A stretch of DNA of 64,000 nt from Nitrospirae bacterium GWC2_57_13 (GTDB lineage Bacteria > Nitrospirota > UBA9217), in NCBI GenBank assembly GCA_001805055.1, contig MHDZ01000015.1, positions 1,263-65,262 of the forward strand, given 5' to 3'. Under the pieces are notes generated by a model. The model did not search any database, had not been told where the DNA came from, and saw only the letters and a list, made by a program, of their open reading frames with translations. Shown piece by piece: positions 54,319 to 64,000 of the stretch; position 1 is the first letter of the stretch; every line of letters starts with the position of its first letter. The translations under genes were made by a program, and so were the position numbers.

Positions 54319-55761
54319 ATGCGAAAGAACGTAAGCCGGCTCATCTTTGCTCTTTCCCTATTTCTGATCCTCGCGGGAACCGCGGGGCTCGCGATCTCGG
54401 CCGGCGAAAAAAAGCCGGAGCCGCAGAAACAAGAAGCGCCCCGATCGGCAAAAGACGTATGGGAGAGAGCCAAGAAAAAAATTGCCGCAAAAGACAAGAA
54501 GGACGGAAAGCAGGCCAAGACCACAAAACCGGCTCCGATACAGCCCGATAGGGTCGTCTACCGAATTGCCATCGATGATGTGATAACGCAGGTGACCGCC
54601 GATTACGTCGCCAAATCGATCGACAAAGCAACAGAGGATAGTGCAGAGGCGCTTGTCATCGTGATGAACACACCCGGCGGCGTTGTTCCTGCCATGGAGT
54701 CGATCGTGCAGAAGATCCTTTCCTCCGACGTGCCGATTATCGCCTACGTCTCCCCGAGCGGCGCCCATGCTGCCTCGGCGGGGGTCTTCATCGTGCTTTC
54801 AGCGAACATTGCCTCCATGGCTCCAAGTACGCGCATGGGCTCCGCTCATCCCGTCACCGGTGAGGGACAGGATTTGAACAAAACGATGAAGGACAAAGTC
54901 GTAAACGATCTTACCGCGCTGATCCGTGGCATCGCGGAGAAGAGGGGCAGAAACGCCACGTGGGCCGAGCAGGCGGTGAGAAAGAGCGTGTCGGCAACGG
55001 AACGGGAAGCTCTGAAGCTCAAAATTATCGACCTTATAGCGGTTGACCTGCCGAGCCTGCTCAAAGAGATCGACGGCCGATCTGTTGAGGTTTTTCTCGG
55101 GAAGAAAACCCTCCGAACGGCAGGTGCGCAAATAAAGGACCTTGAGAAGGGCTTCCGCATTACCGTGCTGGAAATAATCGGCAACCCGAACATCGCCTAC
55201 ATCCTGATGATCCTCGGATTCTACGGCCTCTATTTCGAGCTGTCGAATCCCGGCGCCATTTTCCCGGGAGTCGTCGGGGCAATACTGATCATCGTGGGAT
55301 TCTACGCCCTCCACATGCTCCCGATCAACTATGCAGGCTTGCTGCTGATCATTCTCGGCATCAGCTTATTCATCGCCGAGGCCTTTATCACCAGCGGCGG
55401 CATCCTCGGCGTGGGCGGAGCTGTTGCCATGTTTATAGGTTCTGTCATGCTCATCGACTCGCCGCTTCCTGAGCTCCGGCTCTCCTGGGCCGTGATCATC
55501 CCGGTAGTGGGAATGTCAGCGCTCCTGTTCATCATCACCCTGACCCTCGCCATCAGGATCCACCGGGAACAGCCTGACACGGGCACCGAGGGCCTGGTAG
55601 GCCGTGACGCCGAAGCCAGGACCGACATCGCCGCTGAAGGCCAGGTCTTCGTGCACGGCGAGTACTGGAATGCCGTAAGCGATGAGCCCGTCAAGAAGGG
55701 CGAGCGCGTGAAGATCGTTGCCGTTGATGGACTCAAGGTCAAGGTGAAAAAGACAGGATAA
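54319..55761 (+). CDS. NfeD-like membrane-bound ClpP-class serine protease (stomatin-operon partner)
   Basis: Signal peptide. ClpP-like domain (VIVMNTPGGVVPAMESIVQKIL...GAHAASAGVFIVLSA). Central TM helices. C-terminal OB-fold domain (GEYWNAVSDEPVKKGERVKIVAVDGLKVKV). Confidence 0.85.
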   Translation: MRKNVSRLIFALSLFLILAGTAGLAISAGEKKPEPQKQEAPRSAKDVWERAKKKIAAKDKKDGKQAKTTKPAPIQPDRVVYRIAIDDVITQVTADYVAKSIDKATEDSAEALVIVMNTPGGVVPAMESIVQKILSSDVPIIAYVSPSGAHAASAGVFIVLSANIASMAPSTRMGSAHPVTGEGQDLNKTMKDKVVNDLTALIRGIAEKRGRNATWAEQAVRKSVSATEREALKLKIIDLIAVDLPSLLKEIDGRSVEVFLGKKTLRTAGAQIKDLEKGFRITVLEIIGNPNIAYILMILGFYGLYFELSNPGAIFPGVVGAILIIVGFYALHMLPINYAGLLLIILGISLFIAEAFITSGGILGVGGAVAMFIGSVMLIDSPLPELRLSWAVIIPVVGMSALLFIITLTLAIRIHREQPDTGTEGLVGRDAEARTDIAAEGQVFVHGEYWNAVSDEPVKKGERVKIVAVDGLKVKVKKTG

Positions 55762-55837
55762 GGCACCAATTCTGACAAAAAATAAAGCTCAACCGCAGCG
55801 TTATAAAATCAGCTTAACACCATAAAGGAGGCACATC

Positions 55838-56614
55838 ATGCCGCAAGCTTTTGGTCTCGGGTTCATGGTTGTTCTCGTTTTCGGCGCCTGGTTCCTGGCC
55901 AACGCCATCAAGATCCTGAAGCAGTACGAACGGGGCGTTATCTTCACCCTCGGAAAAGTGAGCCTCACCCACGGTGTGAAGGGGCCGGGGCTGATCCTCC
56001 TGATCCCCGGCGTCCAGAAGATGCAGCGCGTCAGCATGCGCACCGTCACCATGGACGTGCCTTCCCAGGACATCATCACCAAGGACAACGTAACGGTGAA
56101 GGTAAACGCCGTGGTCTACTTCCGGGTCATGGAACCGCGCAAGGCCATCATCGAGGTCGAGGACTTCTACTTCGCCACGTCGCTCATCGCCCAGACCACC
56201 CTCCGGAGCATCCTGGGCCAGAACGCCCTGGACGACCTGCTCTCGAACCGCGACGCTATCAATGCGGAGCTCCAGAAGGTGATCGATTACCAGACCGAAC
56301 CCTGGGGCGTGAAGGTCTCCACCGTGGAAGTGAAGAACGTTGACCTGCCCGTTGAGATGCAGCGCGCCATCGCCAAGCAGGCGGAGGCGGAGCGCGAGCG
56401 GCGTTCCAAGGTCATCCATGCCGAGGGCGAACTGCAGGCATCGGCAAAGCTGTCCGAGGCCGCCGGCGTCATCAGCAAGAACCCCATAGCGCTCCAGCTC
56501 AGGTACCTCCAGACCCTCACTGAGATCGGCACGGAAAAGAACTCCACCATCGTCTTCCCGCTGCCCATCGACCTTTTCACTGCTTTCCAAAAAATGGTAG
56601 AACGGAAAGATTGA
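55838..56614 (+). CDS. SPFH/Band-7 (stomatin-like) protein
   Basis: N-terminal TM, then the SPFH domain ([15 protein letters not shown]...[17 protein letters not shown]...EAERE). SD AAAGGAGG. Confidence 0.9.
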   Translation: MPQAFGLGFMVVLVFGAWFLANAIKILKQYERGVIFTLGKVSLTHGVKGPGLILLIPGVQKMQRVSMRTVTMDVPSQDIITKDNVTVKVNAVVYFRVMEPRKAIIEVEDFYFATSLIAQTTLRSILGQNALDDLLSNRDAINAELQKVIDYQTEPWGVKVSTVEVKNVDLPVEMQRAIAKQAEAERERRSKVIHAEGELQASAKLSEAAGVISKNPIALQLRYLQTLTEIGTEKNSTIVFPLPIDLFTAFQKMVERKD

Positions 56615-56666
56615 CCCTGAACTAGTAACTACTGGAGACCGGACGCGGGTACTGCCCGCGTCCGGC

Positions 56667-57269
56667 TTGCTTACCATGGACTGGAAAACGATCCTCGACC
56701 CTTTCCTGCTCAGCCTGATCCCCATCTTCGTGGCCGTGGACCCGCTCGGCATGCTGCCCATCTACGTGGCCATCACCGAGGGGCTCAAGAAGCGCCAGCG
56801 CAAGACCGTCATCTGGCACTCGATCCTCACGGCCTTTCTGATCACCGTGGGGTTCATCTTCCTCGGGAGCGCTGTCTTCACGGCCCTCGGCATCCTGGTC
56901 GAGGACTTTCTGATCGCCGGCGGGATTCTGCTGCTGATCATCGCCGTCATCGACATCCTTCGCGCTGGAGAAAAGAAGCTGCCGCCGAGCCCCAACGTGG
57001 GCGTGGTGCCCCTCGGCACGCCACTCATTGCCGGCCCCGCGGTTCTCACCACGGCCCTAGTGCTCGTGGGTCCCTACGGCTACGTTCCCGTCATTCTGGC
57101 GCTTTCCGTGAACCTCCTGCTGACCTGGATCGCCTTTGTCCTCGCCGACCGGATCATCAAGCTCATCGGTATCAACGGCGCCCGCGCCATCGCCAAGATC
57201 GCATCTCTCCTCCTCGCCGCCATCGCAGTCAAGCTTATCCGAAGCGGCATTGTCAAACTGCTGGAATAG
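56667..57269 (+). CDS. MarC-family (UPF0056) integral membrane protein
   Basis: LLSLIPIFVAVDPLGMLPIYVAIT signature with six TM helices. Confidence 0.8.
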   Translation: MLTMDWKTILDPFLLSLIPIFVAVDPLGMLPIYVAITEGLKKRQRKTVIWHSILTAFLITVGFIFLGSAVFTALGILVEDFLIAGGILLLIIAVIDILRAGEKKLPPSPNVGVVPLGTPLIAGPAVLTTALVLVGPYGYVPVILALSVNLLLTWIAFVLADRIIKLIGINGARAIAKIASLLLAAIAVKLIRSGIVKLLE

Positions 57270-57404
57270 TGGAGCGACAGACAAAGATTTTTGGGAGAAG
57301 AGGATTTATATCCCGCTTGAGAAGGCTTACCTGGCAGGACCACATGATTCTCCGGGATGATCAGTAGGCTTCGTACTTCACGAATAATTTTTTCAAAAGG
57401 TCAT

Positions 57405-57470
57405 CAGGCGCGGCCTGTCTCGAATAGATTGATGGAGCGCCGTTCCTGTATGGCCTGAAGAACGTCCATG
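57405..57470 (-). pseudogene. Possible remnant of a nitroreductase-family gene (N-terminal 21 codons only)
   Basis: Strong SD AAGGAGGA with a 4-nt spacer, then ATG-encoded MDVLQAIQERRSINLFETGRA* followed by a double stop. The leader M..L.AI..RRS.R.F is typical of the nitroreductase family. Confidence 0.25.
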
Positions 57471-57759
57471 ATGTCCTCCTTTTGTATTCAAAAACCATAT
57501 ACAAGGCACGATGTTTTCTCACCAAGGCGCAAAGAGCGCCAAGAAATGCCTGGCCTTTTTGATTTTAACCCTGAACTTACAGGTTTCCTTTGCGTCCTTT
57601 CTCCGTCTCCGTCCCGCATCCAAAAAATATTAGTCACGGAGCGGGGGCGGCTTTGCGAGAGACGCTTTTATCTTTTGAATTGATTCACGCCCAGTTGCGC
57701 AAGCGACCTAAGGCATTACATCGCTATCTCACGAAGAGATCACACATCTGCTCTGTCGT

Positions 57760-59730
57760 TCATATCGCAGCCGTGCCCAAAAGCTCCCGGATGGAACTCA
57801 CGAGCGCTTCCGGGGTTTCGACGGGGGAATAACAAGCCGTCCCGACGCAGGGGATCACCCTTCCCTGGTCCTGACCGTAGAGGATCGAAGTATAGGGTCC
57901 AGCGAGTAAGCGCGCGGAAAAAGCAAGCGGCGAGGCAGGATTCGCCTCCACCGTGAGTTTGACCATGGTGAAATAGGCGTCGAGGGCGCAGAAATAGGCG
58001 CCCGCATGAATGCCCATCTCTTGTGCCGGCACTGCGAACACGGCAAGGGACTCTTCAGCGGTCCGAAAGTAATCGTCCCTGCCTGTCATGAAGGAAAGCT
58101 TCAGCAGCAGTATGATCACCAGTGAATTCGCCGAGGGATGGGGCACGTCCTCGATGCGCTTGAGCCGCGTCCCGATCACCTCGCTGTCGGTATCGAAGAA
58201 CCCTCCGTCGCTCTTATCATGAAATTTTTCAAGGCAGGCGTCCATAAGCTCGGCCGCAGACCCGAGATACCTGCTTTCCGCCGTCGCTTCGAAGGCGGCA
58301 ACAAGCGCGTCGATAAGATTCACATAGTCATCAAGCACCGCGGGAATTCCTTCCGCGTGAAAGAGCACGCCGTCCAGAAGGCGCTCGCGCAGCACTCGTT
58401 CCAGGCTCCTGACCGCGAACTCCCGGATAGCACCGTCGCCCAGGGCCCGATAGGCCCGGAAGCTGGCCGCGATCAGCATCCCGTTCAGACAAGTATAGAT
58501 CGTATCATCAACAAAGGGCGACTCGCGCTGCTGACGGGCACGAAGAAGCTTTTCCCTGCCACGCTCAATGACCTGCTGCACTGCCTCGGGCGTCATGCCG
58601 AGCTTACCAGCGAGGACCTCGGGCTCCATTACCCGCGCCAGCACGCGCTTCGTGGGATCATGGTGCATGGTCCCTTTTTCGTTCAGGAGATAAAACGACA
58701 GGATCGGGTACTCGGTCTCGTTAAGCGTTTTCCGGAGGTCCTCATCGGTCCAGGTAAAAAAGCCCCCCTCGTCATCTGGCGTGATGTCCGCGTCCTGGCT
58801 CGCGAAAAAGCCTCCTTCAGGATCAGAAAGCGTTTCCCGCAAAAAGGTGATGATACCCCGCGCAACTTCGCCGAAGCGTTCGTCTCCATACAAAGAAAAA
58901 GCGTCGGCGTAGAGCTTCAGCAGCCAGGCGTTGTCGTCGGCCATCTTCTCGAAATGCGGTATGTTCCATCCCTCGTCCACGGAATAGCGATGAAACCCGC
59001 CGTCGAGCTGATCGTGAAAACCGCCGCGCGCCATGGCCGTCAGTGTCGTCCGCACAGCGCTCTCCCTGTCCTTGTTCCCTGTCAAAAAGGACCGGCGCAT
59101 CAGGAATTCCAGCGCACCGGGCATGGGGAACTTCGGCGCTGTGCCGAAGCCGCCGTGCTGTTCGTCATACTGGGACATGACGGACCTGGCTGCCTCATCG
59201 AGCAGAGATTCGTGCAATTCCCCGCGGCTGAGCCTTTCAGGCCGCAGCGTCTCCATCACACGGCCCGCATACTCGGCGGCGTCATTCTTCTTAACCTGAT
59301 AGAAATCGCTCACCGACTTCAACACCTTCTTGAATCCCGGCCTGCCCTGCCGGTCCTCGGGAGGGAAATAGGTCCCGCCGAAGAACGGCCGCTTGTCAGG
59401 CAGCAGAAATGCGCTGAGAGGCCACCCGCCTCCCGCTCCCATGGCCGACACGGCTTGCTGGTACCGGCGGTCTATGTCCGGCCGTTCATCGCGATCGAGC
59501 TTGATGCAGATGAAGCTCTCATTCAGCAGCGCTGCCACCTCGTCGTCTTCAAAAGACTCCTTTGCCATCACATGGCACCAGTGGCACCAGACAGCGCCGG
59601 TGCTCAGGAACACAGGCTTGTCTTCACGGACAGCCCGTTCAAAGGCCTCCTCGGACCAGGGATACCAATCGATCCGCTGGTTGGCGGCATGTCTGAGATA
59701 CGCTGATCGTTCGTTGGCAAGTTTGTTCAT
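57760..59730 (-). CDS. Thioredoxin-domain protein of the YyaL/DUF255 family (N-terminal thioredoxin-like plus C-terminal six-hairpin glycosidase-like domain)
   Basis: DKPVFLSTGAVWCHWCHVMAKESFED shows the CxxC thioredoxin-like DUF255 signature. 656 aa. Confidence 0.85.
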   Translation of the reverse strand: MNKLANERSAYLRHAANQRIDWYPWSEEAFERAVREDKPVFLSTGAVWCHWCHVMAKESFEDDEVAALLNESFICIKLDRDERPDIDRRYQQAVSAMGAGGGWPLSAFLLPDKRPFFGGTYFPPEDRQGRPGFKKVLKSVSDFYQVKKNDAAEYAGRVMETLRPERLSRGELHESLLDEAARSVMSQYDEQHGGFGTAPKFPMPGALEFLMRRSFLTGNKDRESAVRTTLTAMARGGFHDQLDGGFHRYSVDEGWNIPHFEKMADDNAWLLKLYADAFSLYGDERFGEVARGIITFLRETLSDPEGGFFASQDADITPDDEGGFFTWTDEDLRKTLNETEYPILSFYLLNEKGTMHHDPTKRVLARVMEPEVLAGKLGMTPEAVQQVIERGREKLLRARQQRESPFVDDTIYTCLNGMLIAASFRAYRALGDGAIREFAVRSLERVLRERLLDGVLFHAEGIPAVLDDYVNLIDALVAAFEATAESRYLGSAAELMDACLEKFHDKSDGGFFDTDSEVIGTRLKRIEDVPHPSANSLVIILLLKLSFMTGRDDYFRTAEESLAVFAVPAQEMGIHAGAYFCALDAYFTMVKLTVEANPASPLAFSARLLAGPYTSILYGQDQGRVIPCVGTACYSPVETPEALVSSIRELLGTAAI

Positions 59731-59807
59731 TAATTACGCTCCGTGTTCGACTGCGTCCTCTGCAATGGTTTCCACCGGGACATGATGCCGATGGAATGGC
59801 GAAGAGC

Positions 59808-60248
59808 TCAAAAAGTAGCAGGGTCCTCGGAAGGAAGTGATGTTTCGTCAAAGGGCATGACCCCCAACTGGGTCATGACCTGCTCCAGGCCGCGAACCAG
59901 TCCTTGGTGATCAAAGCCGCGCATCTCCTGCTGGAGCGCCCGTTCCACGACCCTGTCAAAGGAATCATAATCAAAGGTTCCGTCGAGCACGCCTGAACGG
60001 ACCAGCACGGCGTAGGCCGTCCGGTCGTCGCTCAGGTTCTCGCCGTCCTGTATTGTCAGCCCGCGGCGGGGAGCCGCGATATACCCTTGCATCGCGGCGC
60101 TCAGAGCGTCGGCAAGCGTAACAATGCCTGCCGCGATCTTGCCCTGACGCAGTCTCCGCCGGCCGCCGCGGATATGGAGCCGCGCGCGCTGCAGCGGCCC
60201 TTCCACGGGACCCAGTTCATTTTCGTCCATCAATCCGAAATGAGGCAT
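59808..60248 (-). CDS. Hypothetical protein
   Basis: 146 aa from MPHFGLMDENELGP. No recognisable domain. The start is uncertain. Confidence 0.4.
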   Translation of the reverse strand: MPHFGLMDENELGPVEGPLQRARLHIRGGRRRLRQGKIAAGIVTLADALSAAMQGYIAAPRRGLTIQDGENLSDDRTAYAVLVRSGVLDGTFDYDSFDRVVERALQQEMRGFDHQGLVRGLEQVMTQLGVMPFDETSLPSEDPATF

Positions 60249-60388
60249 ACCAGCACCCGCATAGCGCAAAGAGCATAGTGCAGAGGTAACAGGCCAAGAG
60301 CAGAGCGCAAAGTGTCCAACTCCATGCTCTATGCCCTATGCGTGTATTTCCTCTGCGCTATGCACCATGCCCTATGCTCCATGCATTT

Positions 60389-60919
60389 TTACGCAGCCGA
60401 GTGTTTAAGCGTGCCGTGCATCCGGATCAGCTTCATGGTCTCCCGCATAAAAGCAGGCAGATCCGACGGCTGGCGGGCAGTCACCAGCCGGCCGTCAACG
60501 ACCACTTCCTTGTCCTCGTACAACGCCCCGGCCGCCTGCAGCTCAGGCGCGACGGAATGGTAGCAGGTGGCGCGCCGTCCCTTCATGAGGCCCGCGGAGA
60601 TAAGTATCTGGGGGCCGTGGCAGATGGCCGACACGGGCTTGTCGCTGGCTAAAAAATGTTTTACTATCTCGAGCGCCCGGTCCTGCTTCCGCACCGTTTC
60701 CGGCGCTTTTCCGCCCGGCAGGATCAGCACGTCGTACTCATCAGGATTCACGTCTTCAAGCGCCTTCGTGACCTCGACCTCGTAGCCGCGCTTTCCTTTG
60801 ATCTTCCCTCGTTTCATCGAGGCGATATCCACCTCCATGCCCTCCTCACGGAGACGATAGTAGGGAACGAGCAGTTCAGTGTCTTCAAAATTGTCCGCGC
60901 TTATCATGAGCGCCTTCAT
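60389..60919 (-). CDS. DJ-1/PfpI-family protein (class I glutamine amidotransferase-like)
   Basis: MKALMISADNFEDTELLVPYYRL...AICHGPQILISAGL contains the nucleophile-elbow Cys. SD GGGAGG with an 8-nt spacer before ATG 60919. Confidence 0.85.
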   Translation of the reverse strand: MKALMISADNFEDTELLVPYYRLREEGMEVDIASMKRGKIKGKRGYEVEVTKALEDVNPDEYDVLILPGGKAPETVRKQDRALEIVKHFLASDKPVSAICHGPQILISAGLMKGRRATCYHSVAPELQAAGALYEDKEVVVDGRLVTARQPSDLPAFMRETMKLIRMHGTLKHSAA

Positions 60920-61162
60920 CTCCATCACCTCCCCCGCGGTCCCGCGGTCCTCGCGAAATGGCAGCGAGGATCCGCCTCAGACCAGAAAACAAGATCAAAA
61001 GCATCTCTCGCAAAGGACGCGAAAGGTTCTAACTTGTAAAGATCCTGTCTTTCTCTGCGATCTCTGCGCCTCTTCGAGACAAAAAGTGTCGTTGCTTTTC
61101 TTTGCGCACGCTCTTCTTACAGTATACCACGGACAGGACGGCAGGTTCATCCCAGGCGGGGA

Positions 61163-63946
61163 TCAGAAGGTATGACCGATGCTGAAGTGAAATTCACCAG
61201 GAGCTTCCCCTGCCTGGCGGTTGATCTTCTGGCCGTAATCCAGACGCAGCGGGCCCACGGGAGTATTGTATCTGATGCCGGCGCCATAGGATGCCCTGAG
61301 ATCGCCGAAATCGATATGGCTGTCAGCCCAGACATTGCCTGCGTCGTAAAAGAACACAAGGCCGAAGGACCCCTGGGGATTCAGCCGCATCTCGGCATTG
61401 AACACGACCATGCTCGAGCCGCCCGTGGGGATGGGGTTCCCTGCAGCATCGGAATTCGTCGGACCCACCAGGTCCTGCCGGTATCCTCTGACCGTTGTAC
61501 TGCCGCCGAGATAGAACCGCTCATGCAGAGGGATCTCGAGCGTGTCGCCGTGGGGCCAGGCCTTGCCGGCGCGGCCTGAGAGCGCAAACACAACTCTCCT
61601 TCCGGAGGGCAGGAACCAGCTGGTCTGCGCCGTGGCCTTGGTGAAATCCGCCTCTGAGCCGAGCGCAGTGAGGGCCTCTTTGACCGCGATGCTGTGGAAA
61701 GAACCGCGCATGGGATTGAGGAAATTATCGCGCAGGTCCCAGCTGATCCCGGGCGTCAGGCTGCTGATAAGCACGCGGCCCTGGTCTTCCTTGCTCGGCA
61801 CCACCTCGGGCTTAACGTTATAATTCTCCACGTTCTCGTACTGGTAGACCAGGGACGGCCGCAGGCCATCATAGTTTTTCTCGACGCCGAAAGACGCTGA
61901 TGTCTTCCGGGTCTCGTAGTAAATTTCCCGCGTATCGGTATCCAGTTTTTTCGAGTCCGACCAGGAAAGGCTGAAGGCGCTGTCCAGCTTTGCCCCCAGG
62001 AACCAGGGCTCCCGGAAATTGAAAATAGCCCGCTGCACGATGTCGCTCCGCTCAACGCGAAAGCTGGCGTATCGCGCCTGGCCCCAGAGGTTCCGGTGCG
62101 ACACCTCCATGAATCCACGGTACAGATCAACGTCGCCATACCCCAGGCCGAACTCGAAAGCCCCTGCGGGACGCTCTTCAACGGAGAGCAGCATGTCCTT
62201 CACCGGTTCCTTCTTGCCCGGATGCAACGGCTCGAACCGCGCAAGACCGAAGAAACCCAGCCGGTAGATGCGCTGCTGACTGCCGAGAATGCTCTCATAG
62301 TTGTAGGCATCTCCGGGCGCCACGAGGATCTCCCGCATGATCACGTGGTCCCGCGTCGCCTCATTGCCCCGCAGAATGATCTTCCCGATCGTTACCGGGT
62401 GATCCTCCGTGATGGCATACTGGATCGGAAACAGCGCTGTCCCGCTGCCCGACGCGGCCGTGCCGTTCTGCTTCTCCCCGTTCCGCGGTCTACCTGCCTC
62501 AACCCGTGCATACAGATATCCCTTCGCGGAATAGGCCGAGAGGATCCGATAGCGGTCCTCTTCCATCTGGCGTTCGCTATACGGCGCTCCCGGCCGGAGG
62601 CTCAGCCGGCCGAGCAGCTCAGCAGTGGTGAACACGGTGTTTCCCGAAAACGTCACATCGCCGGTAATGCTGCGCAGACCTTCTTCGATCTTGATCGATA
62701 CGATCGCCTTTTTCCCGTCGCCGGGCCGCAGTACCTTCCTGTCGACGCGTGCGTCAAGATAACCGGCATCGGCATAGCGCGCCCGGATATCATCAACATC
62801 GCGGTCGAGCACTTCCCTGTTCAGCAGGCCGGACCGGAACCATCCATCCTCGCGGGTCACCATGAACTCTTTCAACTGCTTTCCCGAAAAGGCGTGGTTC
62901 CCCTCGATAAAGATCTCCTGCACTGCAACCTTGGGCCCTTCGAAGATGCTGAAGGAAAGATGAAGCTTCCCGGACGCCTCGTCCTTTGCCAGCTTGACCT
63001 CACTGTCCGGATACCCCTCTTTCCGGTAGAGGTCCCTGATCTTGTCAATGCTGCTGTCAAGGACGGCCTCGGACACATCACGTTCAGCCCAGATCAGCAG
63101 CTCCTTTCGCAGCCGCTTGTCGCTGAAGGCCTCGTTCCCCGAGAAAGCTACCGTGACAAGCGGGCCTTCTTCACCGGAAATGTGAAGATAGGCCTTCTTA
63201 TCCCTGAGGCTCATATTCACCACGTCCGCCTTGGCCGCAGGATAGCCGGCGCCCGCGTATTTTTGCATGATGGCCTGCGTATCATGGTCCAGCAGCAGGT
63301 CCGTGCGGAGCGGCGAGCCCGGCCGGCTCTTCATCACCTTCAGCAATTGCTTTCCGGTGAATACGCGGTTTCCGGAAAACGTGATCTCTTCGATCAAGGT
63401 GGGCTCTGATTCGGCGATCTCAACGCGCAGAATGACCTGGCGGGGTTCATCGGCGGGCTCTGTGCGAAAAAGCACCCGGCCATCATAATAGCCCGCTTCC
63501 TGGTACAGTGCCGCGATATCCACCCGCAAGTCCGTATACCTGTCATCCCGAAGCTCTTTTCCCTCCAGCTTATCCAGCACTTTGCGCAGCGCTTTCGTGG
63601 ATATGACGCTATTGCCCGAGATCGCAACGGAGCGAACAATGGTCACAGGCACCAGGGTATACTCCAGCCTGACACCGACGCTGTCGGCAAATCCTTCGGC
63701 AATAACGTCCTTGAACAGTCCTTTGAGCATCAGGTATTCGATGCTCCGCCGGACGTCCTCTCGCGACAGGGGCAGGCCCGGCTTCGTCTCGATCAGCGGC
63801 ATCAGCCGTTCCGGCGAGGGCCAGTCGCGGCCCTGGTCGTCCTTCAATTTTACACTGGTCACGGGCAGGCCAACGAGATCAGCGGCAATGGCGGGAGAGG
63901 AGGACAGCAGAAAAAGAAGCGCCGCTGTTGTAACAAGCGATTTCAT
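61163..63946 (-). CDS. bamA: Outer-membrane protein assembly factor BamA (5 POTRA domains plus Omp85 barrel)
   Basis: Signal peptide MKSLVTTAALLFLLSSSPAIA. Repeated POTRA units. C-terminal barrel ending ...GEFHFSIGHTF with the terminal aromatic. Confidence 0.85.
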   Translation of the reverse strand: MKSLVTTAALLFLLSSSPAIAADLVGLPVTSVKLKDDQGRDWPSPERLMPLIETKPGLPLSREDVRRSIEYLMLKGLFKDVIAEGFADSVGVRLEYTLVPVTIVRSVAISGNSVISTKALRKVLDKLEGKELRDDRYTDLRVDIAALYQEAGYYDGRVLFRTEPADEPRQVILRVEIAESEPTLIEEITFSGNRVFTGKQLLKVMKSRPGSPLRTDLLLDHDTQAIMQKYAGAGYPAAKADVVNMSLRDKKAYLHISGEEGPLVTVAFSGNEAFSDKRLRKELLIWAERDVSEAVLDSSIDKIRDLYRKEGYPDSEVKLAKDEASGKLHLSFSIFEGPKVAVQEIFIEGNHAFSGKQLKEFMVTREDGWFRSGLLNREVLDRDVDDIRARYADAGYLDARVDRKVLRPGDGKKAIVSIKIEEGLRSITGDVTFSGNTVFTTAELLGRLSLRPGAPYSERQMEEDRYRILSAYSAKGYLYARVEAGRPRNGEKQNGTAASGSGTALFPIQYAITEDHPVTIGKIILRGNEATRDHVIMREILVAPGDAYNYESILGSQQRIYRLGFFGLARFEPLHPGKKEPVKDMLLSVEERPAGAFEFGLGYGDVDLYRGFMEVSHRNLWGQARYASFRVERSDIVQRAIFNFREPWFLGAKLDSAFSLSWSDSKKLDTDTREIYYETRKTSASFGVEKNYDGLRPSLVYQYENVENYNVKPEVVPSKEDQGRVLISSLTPGISWDLRDNFLNPMRGSFHSIAVKEALTALGSEADFTKATAQTSWFLPSGRRVVFALSGRAGKAWPHGDTLEIPLHERFYLGGSTTVRGYRQDLVGPTNSDAAGNPIPTGGSSMVVFNAEMRLNPQGSFGLVFFYDAGNVWADSHIDFGDLRASYGAGIRYNTPVGPLRLDYGQKINRQAGEAPGEFHFSIGHTF

Positions 63947-64000
63947 AAGGGATTTTGTAGCACATCAGGCGGGGAAAGTAAAGAAGAAGAACCTCGGGGT

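Overview
High-GC (~60%) bacterial chromosomal segment with about 65 protein-coding genes and no rRNA or tRNA genes. The gene content suggests an anaerobic or microaerophilic Gram-negative organism, since it carries a periplasmic nitrate reductase operon (napA-napG-napH-napB-napD, minus strand, 23.86-29.28 kb) together with multiheme cytochrome c, Tat-exported proteins and polyferredoxins. Housekeeping genes include alanine dehydrogenase (ald), coaD-rsmD, nfeD plus an SPFH/stomatin gene, a MarC-family gene, two Omp85-family genes (BamA at the right end), an Slt-type lytic transglycosylase, a rhomboid protease, an NlpC/P60 peptidase, a PurH-like AICAR transformylase-domain protein, DJ-1/PfpI, a YyaL-like thioredoxin-domain protein, an ABC-2 exporter pair, a hybrid PAS histidine kinase, a single-domain response regulator and a PAS-GGDEF cyclase. 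The left 18 kb looks accessory. It holds an orphan 2-repeat type I-E-like CRISPR remnant, dispersed GC-rich palindromic repeats flanking a DUF559 endonuclease-domain gene, a cluster of small hypothetical membrane proteins, and an all-minus-strand block of secreted or lipoprotein genes. That block contains three paralogues sharing a roughly 120-aa domain, a signal-peptide-bearing ACP-like protein whose pantetheine-attachment Ser is replaced by Asp and which is translationally coupled to a YdjM/DUF457 membrane hydrolase, a secreted ankyrin-repeat protein, and two tandem BNR/Asp-box lipoprotein paralogues. Further right there is a NapH-NapG fusion polyferredoxin flanked by a Tat-exported DUF362 protein and two membrane proteins sharing an unusual Cys/His-rich C-terminal module. 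Several short conserved non-coding elements recur: ATCCGTG direct repeats, a 25-nt heptad-repeat element upstream of three genes, and identical 12-bp-stem hairpins downstream of two genes. Many ORF-track N-termini are artificially extended by read-through into repeats. Starts were re-assigned from SD motifs and signal peptides, and several are TTG or GTG. All functional calls rest on motif-level recognition of the translated ORFs, with no database search.
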